This document shows, piece after piece, positions 38,599-47,649 of a DNA stretch of 64,000 nt. The DNA lies in contig JAWARQ010000005.1 of NCBI GenBank assembly GCA_038893355.1, positions 113,361 through 177,360 on the forward strand, given 5' to 3'. The position numbers and the translations under genes are program-made. Under the pieces are notes generated by a model, which saw nothing but the letters and a program-made list of their open reading frames with translations, ran no database searches and had not been told where the DNA came from. The first letter of the stretch is position 1; every line of letters begins with the position of its first letter. Source of the DNA: Sulfolobaceae archaeon (lineage in GTDB: Archaea > Thermoproteota > Thermoprotei_A > Sulfolobales > Sulfolobaceae).

Positions 38599-39201
38599 AT
38601 GGATCCCGACGATCTAGAATGGAGATTCAGTAGAATGAATGAAGGCTTATCATTCCTCTTAGCAGTCTTATCGCTTGGTATTGGGTATATAGTAAGATAT
38701 ATAACTTCGCCATTACTTCTAATACTTTTAATACTTACAACAGCAATAGCAATAGTTCCTCATGAAGTAGCACATAGGCAAGTAGCTAGAATGAATGGTT
38801 GTAATTCTAGGTTTGTACTAAGTTTTACTGGCTTTATTGTTACATTTTTCATAAATTTGGTAATGGGACTTATTGGATTTGGGCCAATAATATTTATTTC
38901 AGGCTATACTTCATCTTCTTGTAGGTTTTTTAGTCTAAGTAAAGATTTAGAGGGTAAGATTGCTTTAGCTGGTCCTCTTATTAATATAATAATAGCAATT
39001 CTCTCCATAATTTTGCTCAGATTTACGACTGGAATAACATCGATTTTCCTAATATTACTAGTTACATTCAATAGTTTTGTTGCGTTTTTCAACTTATTGC
39101 CCTTGGGTCAGTTAGATGGGTATAAGATATTTAGGTGGAATGTAGTAATATGGAGTATAATGTTTATAATTTCAATCGTATTAATAATCCGAATATTTTA
39201 A
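38599..39201 (+). CDS. Site-2 protease (M50) membrane metalloprotease
   Basis: HEVAH, AGP, FNLLPLGQLDG. Confidence 0.9.
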   Translation: MDPDDLEWRFSRMNEGLSFLLAVLSLGIGYIVRYITSPLLLILLILTTAIAIVPHEVAHRQVARMNGCNSRFVLSFTGFIVTFFINLVMGLIGFGPIIFISGYTSSSCRFFSLSKDLEGKIALAGPLINIIIAILSIILLRFTTGITSIFLILLVTFNSFVAFFNLLPLGQLDGYKIFRWNVVIWSIMFIISIVLIIRIF

Positions 39202-39293
39202 AATTACTGAAAATAATATTTTATTTAAATATAGTCTTTTATTGTATTATTGAGTCTAAAAACTTTAAAATAAAATGAAGTTAGTTAGACTGC

Positions 39294-39458
39294 ATGAATG
39301 AAGTCGAACTTCTCTTATTTTTAATAGGTACCGTGCTATTTCCTTATGGAGTGTATGAGATATTTAAAAGTAATGGTGATAGGTTAATTAAGTGGTTATT
39401 GCTAGTAATATCAATATTACTTTTTGTAATAGAAAGTATTATAGTCTTTTTATTATAA
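39294..39458 (+). CDS. Small two-TM membrane protein, 54 aa
   Basis: MNEVELLLFLIGTVLFPYGVYEIFKSNGDRLIKWLLLVISILLFVIESIIVFLL; TTTAAA box upstream; not in the ORF track. Confidence 0.7.
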   Translation: MNEVELLLFLIGTVLFPYGVYEIFKSNGDRLIKWLLLVISILLFVIESIIVFLL

Positions 39459-39467
39459 AATAGTTAG

Positions 39468-40049
39468 ATGATAATATTAGTTACTGGAACGCCGGGTGTT
39501 GGTAAAACTCAAGTAGCTAAGATGCTTAGCTCTCAATATAGCATGGTGTATTTGAATGTATCTGAGTTTGTGATAAATAATAATCTTTTTCTAAGTTATG
39601 ACGAGGAATATCAGTCCTATATTATTGACGAAGAGAAGACTATCAGGGCTTTAGAAGAGTACATTAGTCATAGTGATAAATCAATTATTATAGAAAGTAT
39701 TTATCCTTCATTAATAACCAAAGCTGATAAAGTAATAGTTCTTCGAAAAAATCCTTTCAAATTATATTCTGAACTAAAGCAGAAGGGTTGGCCAGAACAA
39801 AAGGTCGCAGAAAATGTTATGGCTGAAATATTAGGTGTAATATCTCAAGAGGCTAGAGAAAAATTTAATGATAAAGTTTGTGAAATAGATGTAACTAATC
39901 TAAATATTAATAAAATATTAGAGAAAATAAATAAATATGAATGTGATTATAATATAGATTGGTTAAATCTCGAGAATATTGAAGAATTTATGTTTTCATT
40001 AGATAAGATTATAAATGGATCTGAGGAAATAAATATGAGTGAAAAATGA
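39468..40049 (+). CDS. Adenylate kinase AK6/Fap7 family
   Basis: VTGTPGVGKT, KVAENVMAEI. Confidence 0.85.
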   Translation: MIILVTGTPGVGKTQVAKMLSSQYSMVYLNVSEFVINNNLFLSYDEEYQSYIIDEEKTIRALEEYISHSDKSIIIESIYPSLITKADKVIVLRKNPFKLYSELKQKGWPEQKVAENVMAEILGVISQEAREKFNDKVCEIDVTNLNINKILEKINKYECDYNIDWLNLENIEEFMFSLDKIINGSEEINMSEK

Positions 40050-40942
40050 GCAATAACCCTTTTAGGATTTCGCAACCCTCTTCTCCTGGAAGACAGCCAA
40101 GGGATCTAAGGAAAATTACACCGCAGCCAATGCAAGAAATTGATATTAAAATTAAAGAAAGATTAAAAGATATAAAATATAAAATAGCAGTAATGAGTGG
40201 AAAAGGTGGGGTAGGTAAGTCTTTTATATCTTCTAATTTAGCTATGGCATTAGCTGCTGCCGGTAAAAAAGTTGGAGTGCTTGATGTAGATTTTCATGGG
40301 CCATCAATACCTAAAATGCTAGGTGTAAGAGGACAATTTCTTACTGCAAGTGAGAATGGAATAAATCCAGTAATTGGGCCTTATGGTATAAAGGTAGTTT
40401 CTATAGACTTTCTATTACCAAAAGATGATACGCCTGTAGTCTGGAGAGGTGCGATAAAGCATTCGGCAATAAGGCAATTTCTTGGAGATGTAAATTGGGG
40501 AGTTTTGGATTATTTAATTATCGATATGCCACCTGGTACTGGAGATGAGGCATTATCAGTAGCACAACTCATACCAAATCTTACGGGAATAGTAATAGTG
40601 ACAATTCCTTCAGAAGTTTCTACATTAGCAGTAAAGAGGTCTATAAATTTTGCAAAAATTGTAAATACCAAAATTTTAGGAGTTATAGAAAATATGAGTT
40701 ATTTTGTATGTCCATCTAATGGTAAGCCTTATTATATCTTTGGCGTTAACAAAGGAAAGGAAATGGCCGAAGAGATGGGGGTTAGATTATTGGGACAAAT
40801 TCCATTAGAGGAAAGCATAGCATTAGCTAATGATAATGGTGAACCATTCTTTTTGAAATATCCAGGCACACAAGCTGCAAAGGAGTTCATAAGAATAGCA
40901 GAAACCCTAATTAAAATAGTAGAGAATGAGGAGAAAAAGTAA
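40046..40942 (+). CDS. Fe-S cluster carrier ATPase Mrp/ApbC/Nbp35
   Basis: SGKGGVGKS, DVDFHGPS, WRG, DMPPGTGD, ENMS. Confidence 0.95.
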   Translation: MSNNPFRISQPSSPGRQPRDLRKITPQPMQEIDIKIKERLKDIKYKIAVMSGKGGVGKSFISSNLAMALAAAGKKVGVLDVDFHGPSIPKMLGVRGQFLTASENGINPVIGPYGIKVVSIDFLLPKDDTPVVWRGAIKHSAIRQFLGDVNWGVLDYLIIDMPPGTGDEALSVAQLIPNLTGIVIVTIPSEVSTLAVKRSINFAKIVNTKILGVIENMSYFVCPSNGKPYYIFGVNKGKEMAEEMGVRLLGQIPLEESIALANDNGEPFFLKYPGTQAAKEFIRIAETLIKIVENEEKK

Positions 40943-41158
40943 TCAATTTGATTTTAATTTAAAATAAAATTTCTTAAGTTCATAAATAGGATATTTTTCT
41001 ACCTTACCTTCTCTCACTAATTCTGCTAATGCTTCTCTAAAAATAAGAAAGTTTATTTCATATCCTCTGTTTAATAACTCATCCCTAATTTCAGTAGAAG
41101 TCATTTCTCGTTCTCTCAATAGTTCTATAATCTTCTTCTTAAGTTCGTCTTTATCCAT
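40943..41158 (-). CDS. Small winged-helix protein
   Basis: IIELLREREMTSTEI...LAELVREGKV. Confidence 0.75.
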   Translation of the reverse strand: MDKDELKKKIIELLREREMTSTEIRDELLNRGYEINFLIFREALAELVREGKVEKYPIYELKKFYFKLKSN

Positions 41159-41199
41159 ATAGTTAAATTCTACGTTTTTAGGAAATAAATTTAGATAAG

Positions 41200-42942
41200 A
41201 TGTTCGAAGAAATTGTAGGAAGATTAAGGGAAATTAAGAACATAACTAGACAAATGGTAGATGGTAAAGGTTATACGACAACAAAACTATTCATAGCAGA
41301 AGTACCATATGTTAAATATATTAATATAAATTTAGGAAAATTAAGTATAATTAATACTATAAGAAACAATATATACTTACTTACTGAAGTAATAGATGTT
41401 GTTCCATCTCATAGACTCTATATGGAGATTAACGATATTAAAGACAGAAAAGAAAGAGAAGAAAAATTAAAAGTGATAGAAAATAGTTTTTACCAATCAA
41501 ATTCAGATGATGTGTGGCTAGATGTTTATTTAGTACCTACTAATTACTTATTAATAATTGAAAATAACTCTTTTAAGGTAAAAAAAGGATATGAAGCACC
41601 TATACTAGGCTCAGTAGTTAGATTTTTGAATGATGAGGCTTATGTTAATTTGATCGGGTCTAAAAATGGAGTACCCATAGGTAAAGTTCTTAATTCTAGG
41701 TACTACATACCGATAGATATAATTAAGGCTATAAGGTACCATATTGGAATATTCGGGTTTACTGGTACAGGGAAGTCAAATTTGATTTCGATATTGACTA
41801 GGAAAATTCTTAACTATACTAATTCTATCAAAATAGTAATATTTGATGTTTCATTAGAGTACAGCATTTTACTTCTAGATCTATTAGTAAATCAAAACTC
41901 ATTAGTACTCACAACTGATAAAATTCCAAGATCAAGTAATGAGTTTGGTAAAAGATTTGTAAGAACACACGTTATACCAAATGAATTGCTAAGTAAGAAG
42001 GATACTATTAAATCATTAGCTGAAAAATTATATTCGAATAATAAAATAAAGAGAATCGAAGTTCCAGTACTAGAAGAGAAATATATGACATATAATTCAC
42101 TTATTAAGTTTATTAAAGAACAATTAGAAGAGAAATATCTTTCAACTTCATATAAACCCCTTCTTTACCTCTTTCTTAAGAAATTAGAAGAATTTATGAT
42201 AAAAAAGAATCTTTCCGGTGAAGACATTGTAGATGATTCTATAGCAGAATTATTAAACGAAATGGAATCTATAGCAAGAGAATTAAGAATAAGAGAAAAT
42301 ACATCCTTTCTTACCTTTATATCTACGTTAAAGGCTTATTCTTCACTAGCTATTTCAACTATTGAGGATGAAAATTTATTAGATATTGAAAACTTGGCAA
42401 TACAAATACTAGAAGACGATCTAGAAAGTCCTAGAATAGTGATAATAGAAACTACGAGTGTTGATGATGCTAGAATAATTTCTTACAACTTATTAAATGA
42501 AATTTTTAGGAGAAGAAAAAAGAGTTATTCGACAGATCAATTGCTCTTCATTTTTGATGAAGCTCAAGAATTTATACCTTATGATACCAGAGGCAAGGAA
42601 GGTAGTGAGTTATCGAGTATTGCAATAGAGAATTTACTTAGACATGGGAGAAAGTATTATATGAATGGTGTAATTGCAACGCAAAGGCTGGCATATCTAA
42701 ATACTAACGTGCTTCAACAATTGCATACCTATTTCGTAGGAACTTTGCCTAGACCGTATGATAGGCAGTTAATTGCAGATACATTTGGTATTAATGAAAA
42801 TATTATAGAAAGAACGTTGGGATTAGAAGCAGGTCAATGGTTATTACTTTCTTTTAAATCTGCATTACCACATGACATTCCGATATTTATAGAGGTAGAG
42901 AATAACATAGAGGAATTAAAAAATTATCTTGAGAAATTATAA
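41200..42942 (+). CDS. HerA/FtsK-superfamily ATPase (DUF87)
   Basis: HIGIFGFTGTGKS, FIFDEAQEF, GRKY, ATQR. Confidence 0.88.
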   Translation: MFEEIVGRLREIKNITRQMVDGKGYTTTKLFIAEVPYVKYININLGKLSIINTIRNNIYLLTEVIDVVPSHRLYMEINDIKDRKEREEKLKVIENSFYQSNSDDVWLDVYLVPTNYLLIIENNSFKVKKGYEAPILGSVVRFLNDEAYVNLIGSKNGVPIGKVLNSRYYIPIDIIKAIRYHIGIFGFTGTGKSNLISILTRKILNYTNSIKIVIFDVSLEYSILLLDLLVNQNSLVLTTDKIPRSSNEFGKRFVRTHVIPNELLSKKDTIKSLAEKLYSNNKIKRIEVPVLEEKYMTYNSLIKFIKEQLEEKYLSTSYKPLLYLFLKKLEEFMIKKNLSGEDIVDDSIAELLNEMESIARELRIRENTSFLTFISTLKAYSSLAISTIEDENLLDIENLAIQILEDDLESPRIVIIETTSVDDARIISYNLLNEIFRRRKKSYSTDQLLFIFDEAQEFIPYDTRGKEGSELSSIAIENLLRHGRKYYMNGVIATQRLAYLNTNVLQQLHTYFVGTLPRPYDRQLIADTFGINENIIERTLGLEAGQWLLLSFKSALPHDIPIFIEVENNIEELKNYLEKL

Positions 42943-42944
42943 AG

Positions 42945-43571
42945 ATGGATGTAAAAGAAATTTTAGCACAGCAATTAATGAGTAGAGAACTTATAAATGC
43001 ATTCTTAAAAGTAAATAGAGAAGACTTCTTGCCAGATAGATTGAAAAGGTATGCCTACCATCCAGATTATATAGATTTACCATTACAGATTACTGAAAAA
43101 TATACTACAACTGCACTCACGCTGGGTCTAAAAATGTTAGACCTATTAGAGCTTAAAAGTGGTCTAAAAGTTCTAGAGATTGGAACAGGGACTGGATATT
43201 ATACTGCATTAATCGCTGAGGTCGTAGGAGAAGAAAATGTTATAACAATAGAAAAAGATCCAGAAATGTATGAAATTGCTAAGAGAAATTTAAAAAAATA
43301 TAATATTAAATTAATATTTGGAGATGGTAGTATAGGTTATAAAAAGGAAGCACCTTATGATAGGGCAATAATATGGGCAGCCTTACCTACATTCCCTTGT
43401 AGTATATATGATCAATTAAATAATGGTGGTATTATTATTACCCCAATAGAGGAAAAACGTGGTAGACAAGGATTGTATAAAATAATTAAAAATGATATAC
43501 CACATGTAATTAGACTCTATGATGTAATCTTCACTAGAATAGAGGGTATTTGTGGATTTTATGGAGACTAG
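42945..43571 (+). CDS. pcm: Protein-L-isoaspartate O-methyltransferase
   Basis: VNREDF, LEIGTGTGY, GDGSIGY..APYDR. Confidence 0.88.
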   Translation: MDVKEILAQQLMSRELINAFLKVNREDFLPDRLKRYAYHPDYIDLPLQITEKYTTTALTLGLKMLDLLELKSGLKVLEIGTGTGYYTALIAEVVGEENVITIEKDPEMYEIAKRNLKKYNIKLIFGDGSIGYKKEAPYDRAIIWAALPTFPCSIYDQLNNGGIIITPIEEKRGRQGLYKIIKNDIPHVIRLYDVIFTRIEGICGFYGD

Positions 43572-43577
43572 ATCAGA

Positions 43578-45356
43578 CTAAGTAAGATATTTTCTAAACC
43601 ACTCTAACTTCCTCAAGAGTCTATCTTTCATATTATCTGGTCTACCTCTTCTTGCATGCTCATGACCGTCTCCTTGATATCTAATAAGCTCCGTATCAAC
43701 ACCATTCATTTTTAATGCTACAAAAAATTGTTCTGCCTGTTCTATCGGGCATCTATAGTCTTCCTCACCATGAATTAGTAGGCATGGTGTTTTAACGTTC
43801 TTAACATAATAGATTGGAGACATCTTAAGTAATTTTTCTATTCCTTCTCTAGACCATGGATCTTTTACATCCGCCTCAATTGCATTAAACCAAAATCCAA
43901 TATCACTAGTACCACACATACTTACTAAATTAGAAATACTACGCTCTGAAACTGCACATTTAAATCTACTAGTTTTCGTTATTATCCAGTTTGTCATATA
44001 CCCGCCATAAGAACCACCAGTTACTCCTATTGAATCTTTTAAATTCTTTTTAGACATTACATAATCTAAAAACTTGATTATATCTTCATAATCAATCTCA
44101 CCCCACTTTCCGATTACGGCTTTTGCAAAATCTTCACCATATCCTTGACTGCCTCTAGGATTACAATAGATAACATTAAAACCGTTAGATACAAAAAACT
44201 GAAATTCTATACTATATGCATAACCATATGCCATATGAGGCCCACCATGAATGAACAAAATTGTGGGCGAATTAGGATCAACAAATATACCCCACCCTTC
44301 GATTCCATCAACTTCAAAATGTTCTGGCTCTTTACCTATTACATTAGGATTTGGATCGTATATATTACCCTTAAAGTTCAGTATTGACGGTTTAACTGGT
44401 GTAGTATAAAAATACGAGATTGTCTCGTTCTTAACGTGAAATCCTCTAACAGAAATTCCTTCCATAGTTAATCGTGTAGGCTTTCCCTCTAAATCTATTT
44501 TATACAAAATAGATGAGCCTTTAAATTGACCTATAGTATAAATAAAATCACCTTCCCATATTATTCTATCAGAAGCACCATCAAATAAATCTGATAATAC
44601 TTTATTTCCACATGTATTTTCACATGAAAAAATTTTATCAGCCTCTGGTAGTATTACCTCTAAATTAGCCCATGGTGCTAATCCTTTCCTATGACCTAAA
44701 TATGCTATTTCCCCATCCCTAGACATGGTTAAAGCAACTGCTATTCCTTCACCTTTAGTTACCCTTCTTAACTCTCCGTTATCTAAATTGACCTCAAAAA
44801 CATCTGAAAGGCCATAGTCATCGTTAGTAATACTTGCAATAATTGCAACTCTTTTAGAATTTGATGCCACATCAATCACATCAAAATTACCGCTAGTTAT
44901 CCTTCTTATTCCCCTTTCAGTTACTAGGTAAAGATGTTGCCTAGACCTTAGAAGTCCTCTTCCATCAAATCTATATTTCAATTTATTAGCAATGAAAGGG
45001 GCTTTTTCATCATAAGGTTCCTCAGCGATTACTAATAAATCTCCTTTGTAGTACTCAATCTTCTTTATCTTCTTAAAACTTGCTATTATTCGGGACTCGG
45101 AAAATCCTTCAATTACTACAATCTCTTCTTTATCCTTATCTGATACTATATAGTATAGCTTGTCGTCAACATATAATGGACTCCTTTCCTTACCTTTAAA
45201 AGTTAATCTATTAACGAATTTACCATCAAAGTAAAATATAGAACTCTTATACTCATTGTTTTCAATCCATGTTAATGTAAATAACAATCTATTATCATCC
45301 TTTATATGCACATCAGAAATTAGTTTTATCGCATAAGCTTCTTCTGGTGTTCTCAT
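43578..45356 (-). CDS. S9 family acylaminoacyl peptidase
   Basis: IHGGP, NPRGSQGYG, GGSYGG, DYRC, H of the catalytic triad. Confidence 0.93.
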   Translation of the reverse strand: MRTPEEAYAIKLISDVHIKDDNRLLFTLTWIENNEYKSSIFYFDGKFVNRLTFKGKERSPLYVDDKLYYIVSDKDKEEIVVIEGFSESRIIASFKKIKKIEYYKGDLLVIAEEPYDEKAPFIANKLKYRFDGRGLLRSRQHLYLVTERGIRRITSGNFDVIDVASNSKRVAIIASITNDDYGLSDVFEVNLDNGELRRVTKGEGIAVALTMSRDGEIAYLGHRKGLAPWANLEVILPEADKIFSCENTCGNKVLSDLFDGASDRIIWEGDFIYTIGQFKGSSILYKIDLEGKPTRLTMEGISVRGFHVKNETISYFYTTPVKPSILNFKGNIYDPNPNVIGKEPEHFEVDGIEGWGIFVDPNSPTILFIHGGPHMAYGYAYSIEFQFFVSNGFNVIYCNPRGSQGYGEDFAKAVIGKWGEIDYEDIIKFLDYVMSKKNLKDSIGVTGGSYGGYMTNWIITKTSRFKCAVSERSISNLVSMCGTSDIGFWFNAIEADVKDPWSREGIEKLLKMSPIYYVKNVKTPCLLIHGEEDYRCPIEQAEQFFVALKMNGVDTELIRYQGDGHEHARRGRPDNMKDRLLRKLEWFRKYLT

Positions 45357-45392
45357 AGAAACTTAATATATTCTTTAAAAACAAAAATTTTT

Positions 45393-45452
45393 AGTATGAT
45401 GAGCGATGGGCGGATAGATAGTTTGATGAAGAAGATTTTCTCGTACTGATGA
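45393..45452 (+). ncRNA. Box C/D sRNA (predicted guide for 16S Cm1402)
   Basis: ATGATGA-GCGATGGGCGGA-TAGA-TAGT-TTGATGA-AGAAGATTTTCTCGTA-CTGA. Confidence 0.85.
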
Positions 45453-45543
45453 GATATCTCTAGATCGTGAGATAATAATATTAGGAAAAATTGAGCAAAT
45501 TCTCTTTAATCTATAATTTTATTTTATTATTATATTAATATAA

Positions 45544-45675
45544 TGGGCCCGCGGGGATTCGAACCCCGGACCACCGGGTCTCTCCTTTCCAGATTTTATT
45601 CATCCCCTAAACAGGGTCAAAAGACCCGGTCTATTATCTGGAGCCCGGCACTCTACCTGGCTGAGCTACGGGCCC
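45544..45675 (-). tRNA. tRNA-Trp(CCA) with 58-nt intron at 37/38 (intron 45580-45637)
   Basis: GGGCCCG acceptor stem, CCGGG-CTCCAG^A-CCCGG anticodon arm, GGTTCGAATCC; intron end GGAG pairs with CTCC (BHB central helix). Confidence 0.95.
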
Positions 45676-45755
45676 ATTATCGATCATCTAGTATTACTAA
45701 TTACTTTTTTCCTCGATTTTATTAATAAGCTTTACCTTATGAATTATGTACTGCA

Positions 45756-46607
45756 ATGATATCTACAATTAACTTAACAAAGATATATAGCAATGGAGTA
45801 TATGCATTAATTGATTTAACTGTAGATATTAAGTCTAAAAGGGTAGCAGTATTAGGTAGAAATGGTGCAGGAAAGACTACACTCATAAGAATTCTTTCTA
45901 CTCAACTAAAACCTACTAGAGGCACTGCACTTATTTTTGGGTACGATATTATTAAGGATAAAGACAAGGTAAGAAAGCTTATTGCTAGTATCCCACAAGA
46001 AGCAAGACCTGTTATGATAGCTAGTCCCTACGAACATGTATTCATGTATTTAACTGCTAGAGGATATTCTCTTCATGAAGCTAAAGAATTAACGAGAAAG
46101 GCACTAAAAGAAATAGGATTATGGGAATATAGAGATCATCCTACTGAAGATTTGTCAGGGGGTATGAAAAGAAAAGTATTTCTTGCAATGGCTATTGCAT
46201 CAAATGCTGAACTTATATTCCTCGATGAACCAACAACCGGTCTTGACCCAGTATCGAGGTTAGAAACATGGTATATTATAAAGAATTTAAGCAGTAAAAT
46301 TATCTTAACAACTCATTATATAGATGAAGCAGAATCTTTAAGTGAAGAGGTTATAATACTCCATAAAGGTAGATTAGTAGAGAAGGGTAATGTAAAAGAT
46401 TTATTAAAAAAGTTTGATGGAAAAGTAAGAATAGAAGGATTCGGTAATATTAGAATTGGGAATACAAGAATTAGTTATGTAAATAAGGAGGAAGCTAAAA
46501 AGTATATAGAACTGGGTGCTACAATTAAACCTATTACATTAGAGGATATACTTATTATGCATGGTGTTACTGATGATGAAAATAGATACTCTTCAGAGGA
46601 GTATTAG
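45756..46607 (+). CDS. ABC transporter ATP-binding protein
   Basis: GRNGAGKT, LSGG, LDEPTTGLD, TTH. Confidence 0.95.
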   Translation: MISTINLTKIYSNGVYALIDLTVDIKSKRVAVLGRNGAGKTTLIRILSTQLKPTRGTALIFGYDIIKDKDKVRKLIASIPQEARPVMIASPYEHVFMYLTARGYSLHEAKELTRKALKEIGLWEYRDHPTEDLSGGMKRKVFLAMAIASNAELIFLDEPTTGLDPVSRLETWYIIKNLSSKIILTTHYIDEAESLSEEVIILHKGRLVEKGNVKDLLKKFDGKVRIEGFGNIRIGNTRISYVNKEEAKKYIELGATIKPITLEDILIMHGVTDDENRYSSEEY

Positions 46608-47316
46608 GTTTATATTCGCATTTTCTATATTTTATGGATACTCTAGCTTAAAAAGAGGTTCATTTTATCTGTTATCCTCATTAAGTTTTCCGTTATCTTT
46701 GCTATTCTTACTCTATATAATCACTAAAGGATCATATCTTAAATATGGAATAGTAGGAGGAGTATTAAGTTTGATAACATCTGTAGCAATAACGGAAATT
46801 GGAGATTATGTATTGTTTAGAAAAGAGATAAAATTACAAGACATATTAGTAGCTACCGGAATTACTCCATTAGAATACATACTAGGTATTAGTCTAGGTA
46901 ATATAATTTTTTCGTTACCTGCAATAATTGTTTACATAATATTGGGAGTATTATTAGCCTCATTAACTTTAATGCAGATGCTATATCTTTTAGGAATTTC
47001 GATACTGTTAATGATAGGCTTATCATCGTTTTCATTTTTAATTTCAACATACATTAGGTACACGCGATATGCTTGGGGAGTTGCAGGAGTGCTTTCAGTC
47101 ATATTCTCTGTAATTCCTCCATTGTATTATCCTTATGAAGTTCTAGGAAATTTCGTGTATTATTTATTGCCTATCTTATCAACGCCCGCAGGAATAATAG
47201 CACAGAATATAGCAGGATTAGCTGAATTTAAGCTAGATTTCTTAATTTTGTTATTATTAGAAACAATAATTTATACTATACTTGCAGTGAAATTTGCTAG
47301 GTGGAGTGAAGTTTAA
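46561..47316 (+). CDS. ABC-2 type exporter permease
   Basis: Six TM segments, PPLYYP, coupled to the ATPase. Confidence 0.85.
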   Translation: MVLLMMKIDTLQRSIRFIFAFSIFYGYSSLKRGSFYLLSSLSFPLSLLFLLYIITKGSYLKYGIVGGVLSLITSVAITEIGDYVLFRKEIKLQDILVATGITPLEYILGISLGNIIFSLPAIIVYIILGVLLASLTLMQMLYLLGISILLMIGLSSFSFLISTYIRYTRYAWGVAGVLSVIFSVIPPLYYPYEVLGNFVYYLLPILSTPAGIIAQNIAGLAEFKLDFLILLLLETIIYTILAVKFARWSEV

Positions 47317-47341
47317 TTTTGTGAACTTCATATAATTTATT

Positions 47342-47648
47342 GGGCTGGGTAGGGCGGGGAGTCTCGCCAGCTCCCGTACCCGCATGGCGTAAAGCGGGCG
47401 CCAGTAACCCCTATCCCATGACTCCTATACCACTAAGTTCCAGTCCTGTAATGAAGGTCGCCCAGCGGGGCTCAGTGGTCGTGGGCTTCCTCTCCGGAAG
47501 GAGAGGAAGTACCACGTTAACCGGAGGAATCGGCCAGGCCCGGAAGGGAGCAACCGTGTCCGGCCACTGGCGTTCGCTGGTCAACGACCGGATACAGGAC
47601 TGGGTCATAACTTAGTGGTATAGGATAGTGGGATAGGGGAGCCAGCCC
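47342..47648 (+). ncRNA. ffs: Archaeal SRP (7S) RNA
   Basis: GC-rich island; GGGCTGG/CCAGCCC end pairing; helix 6 CTTCCTCTCC-GGAA-GGAGAGGAAG; helix 8 CCAGGCCC-GGAA-GGGAGCA. Confidence 0.96.
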
Positions 47649-47649
47649 A

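Noticed and set aside
45543-45725. 60-aa ORF MGPRGFEPRT...
   Set aside because: Antisense reading of tRNA-Trp
47340-47615. ORFs 47340-47615 (+) and 47411-47608 (-)
   Set aside because: Artefacts of the GC-rich SRP RNA
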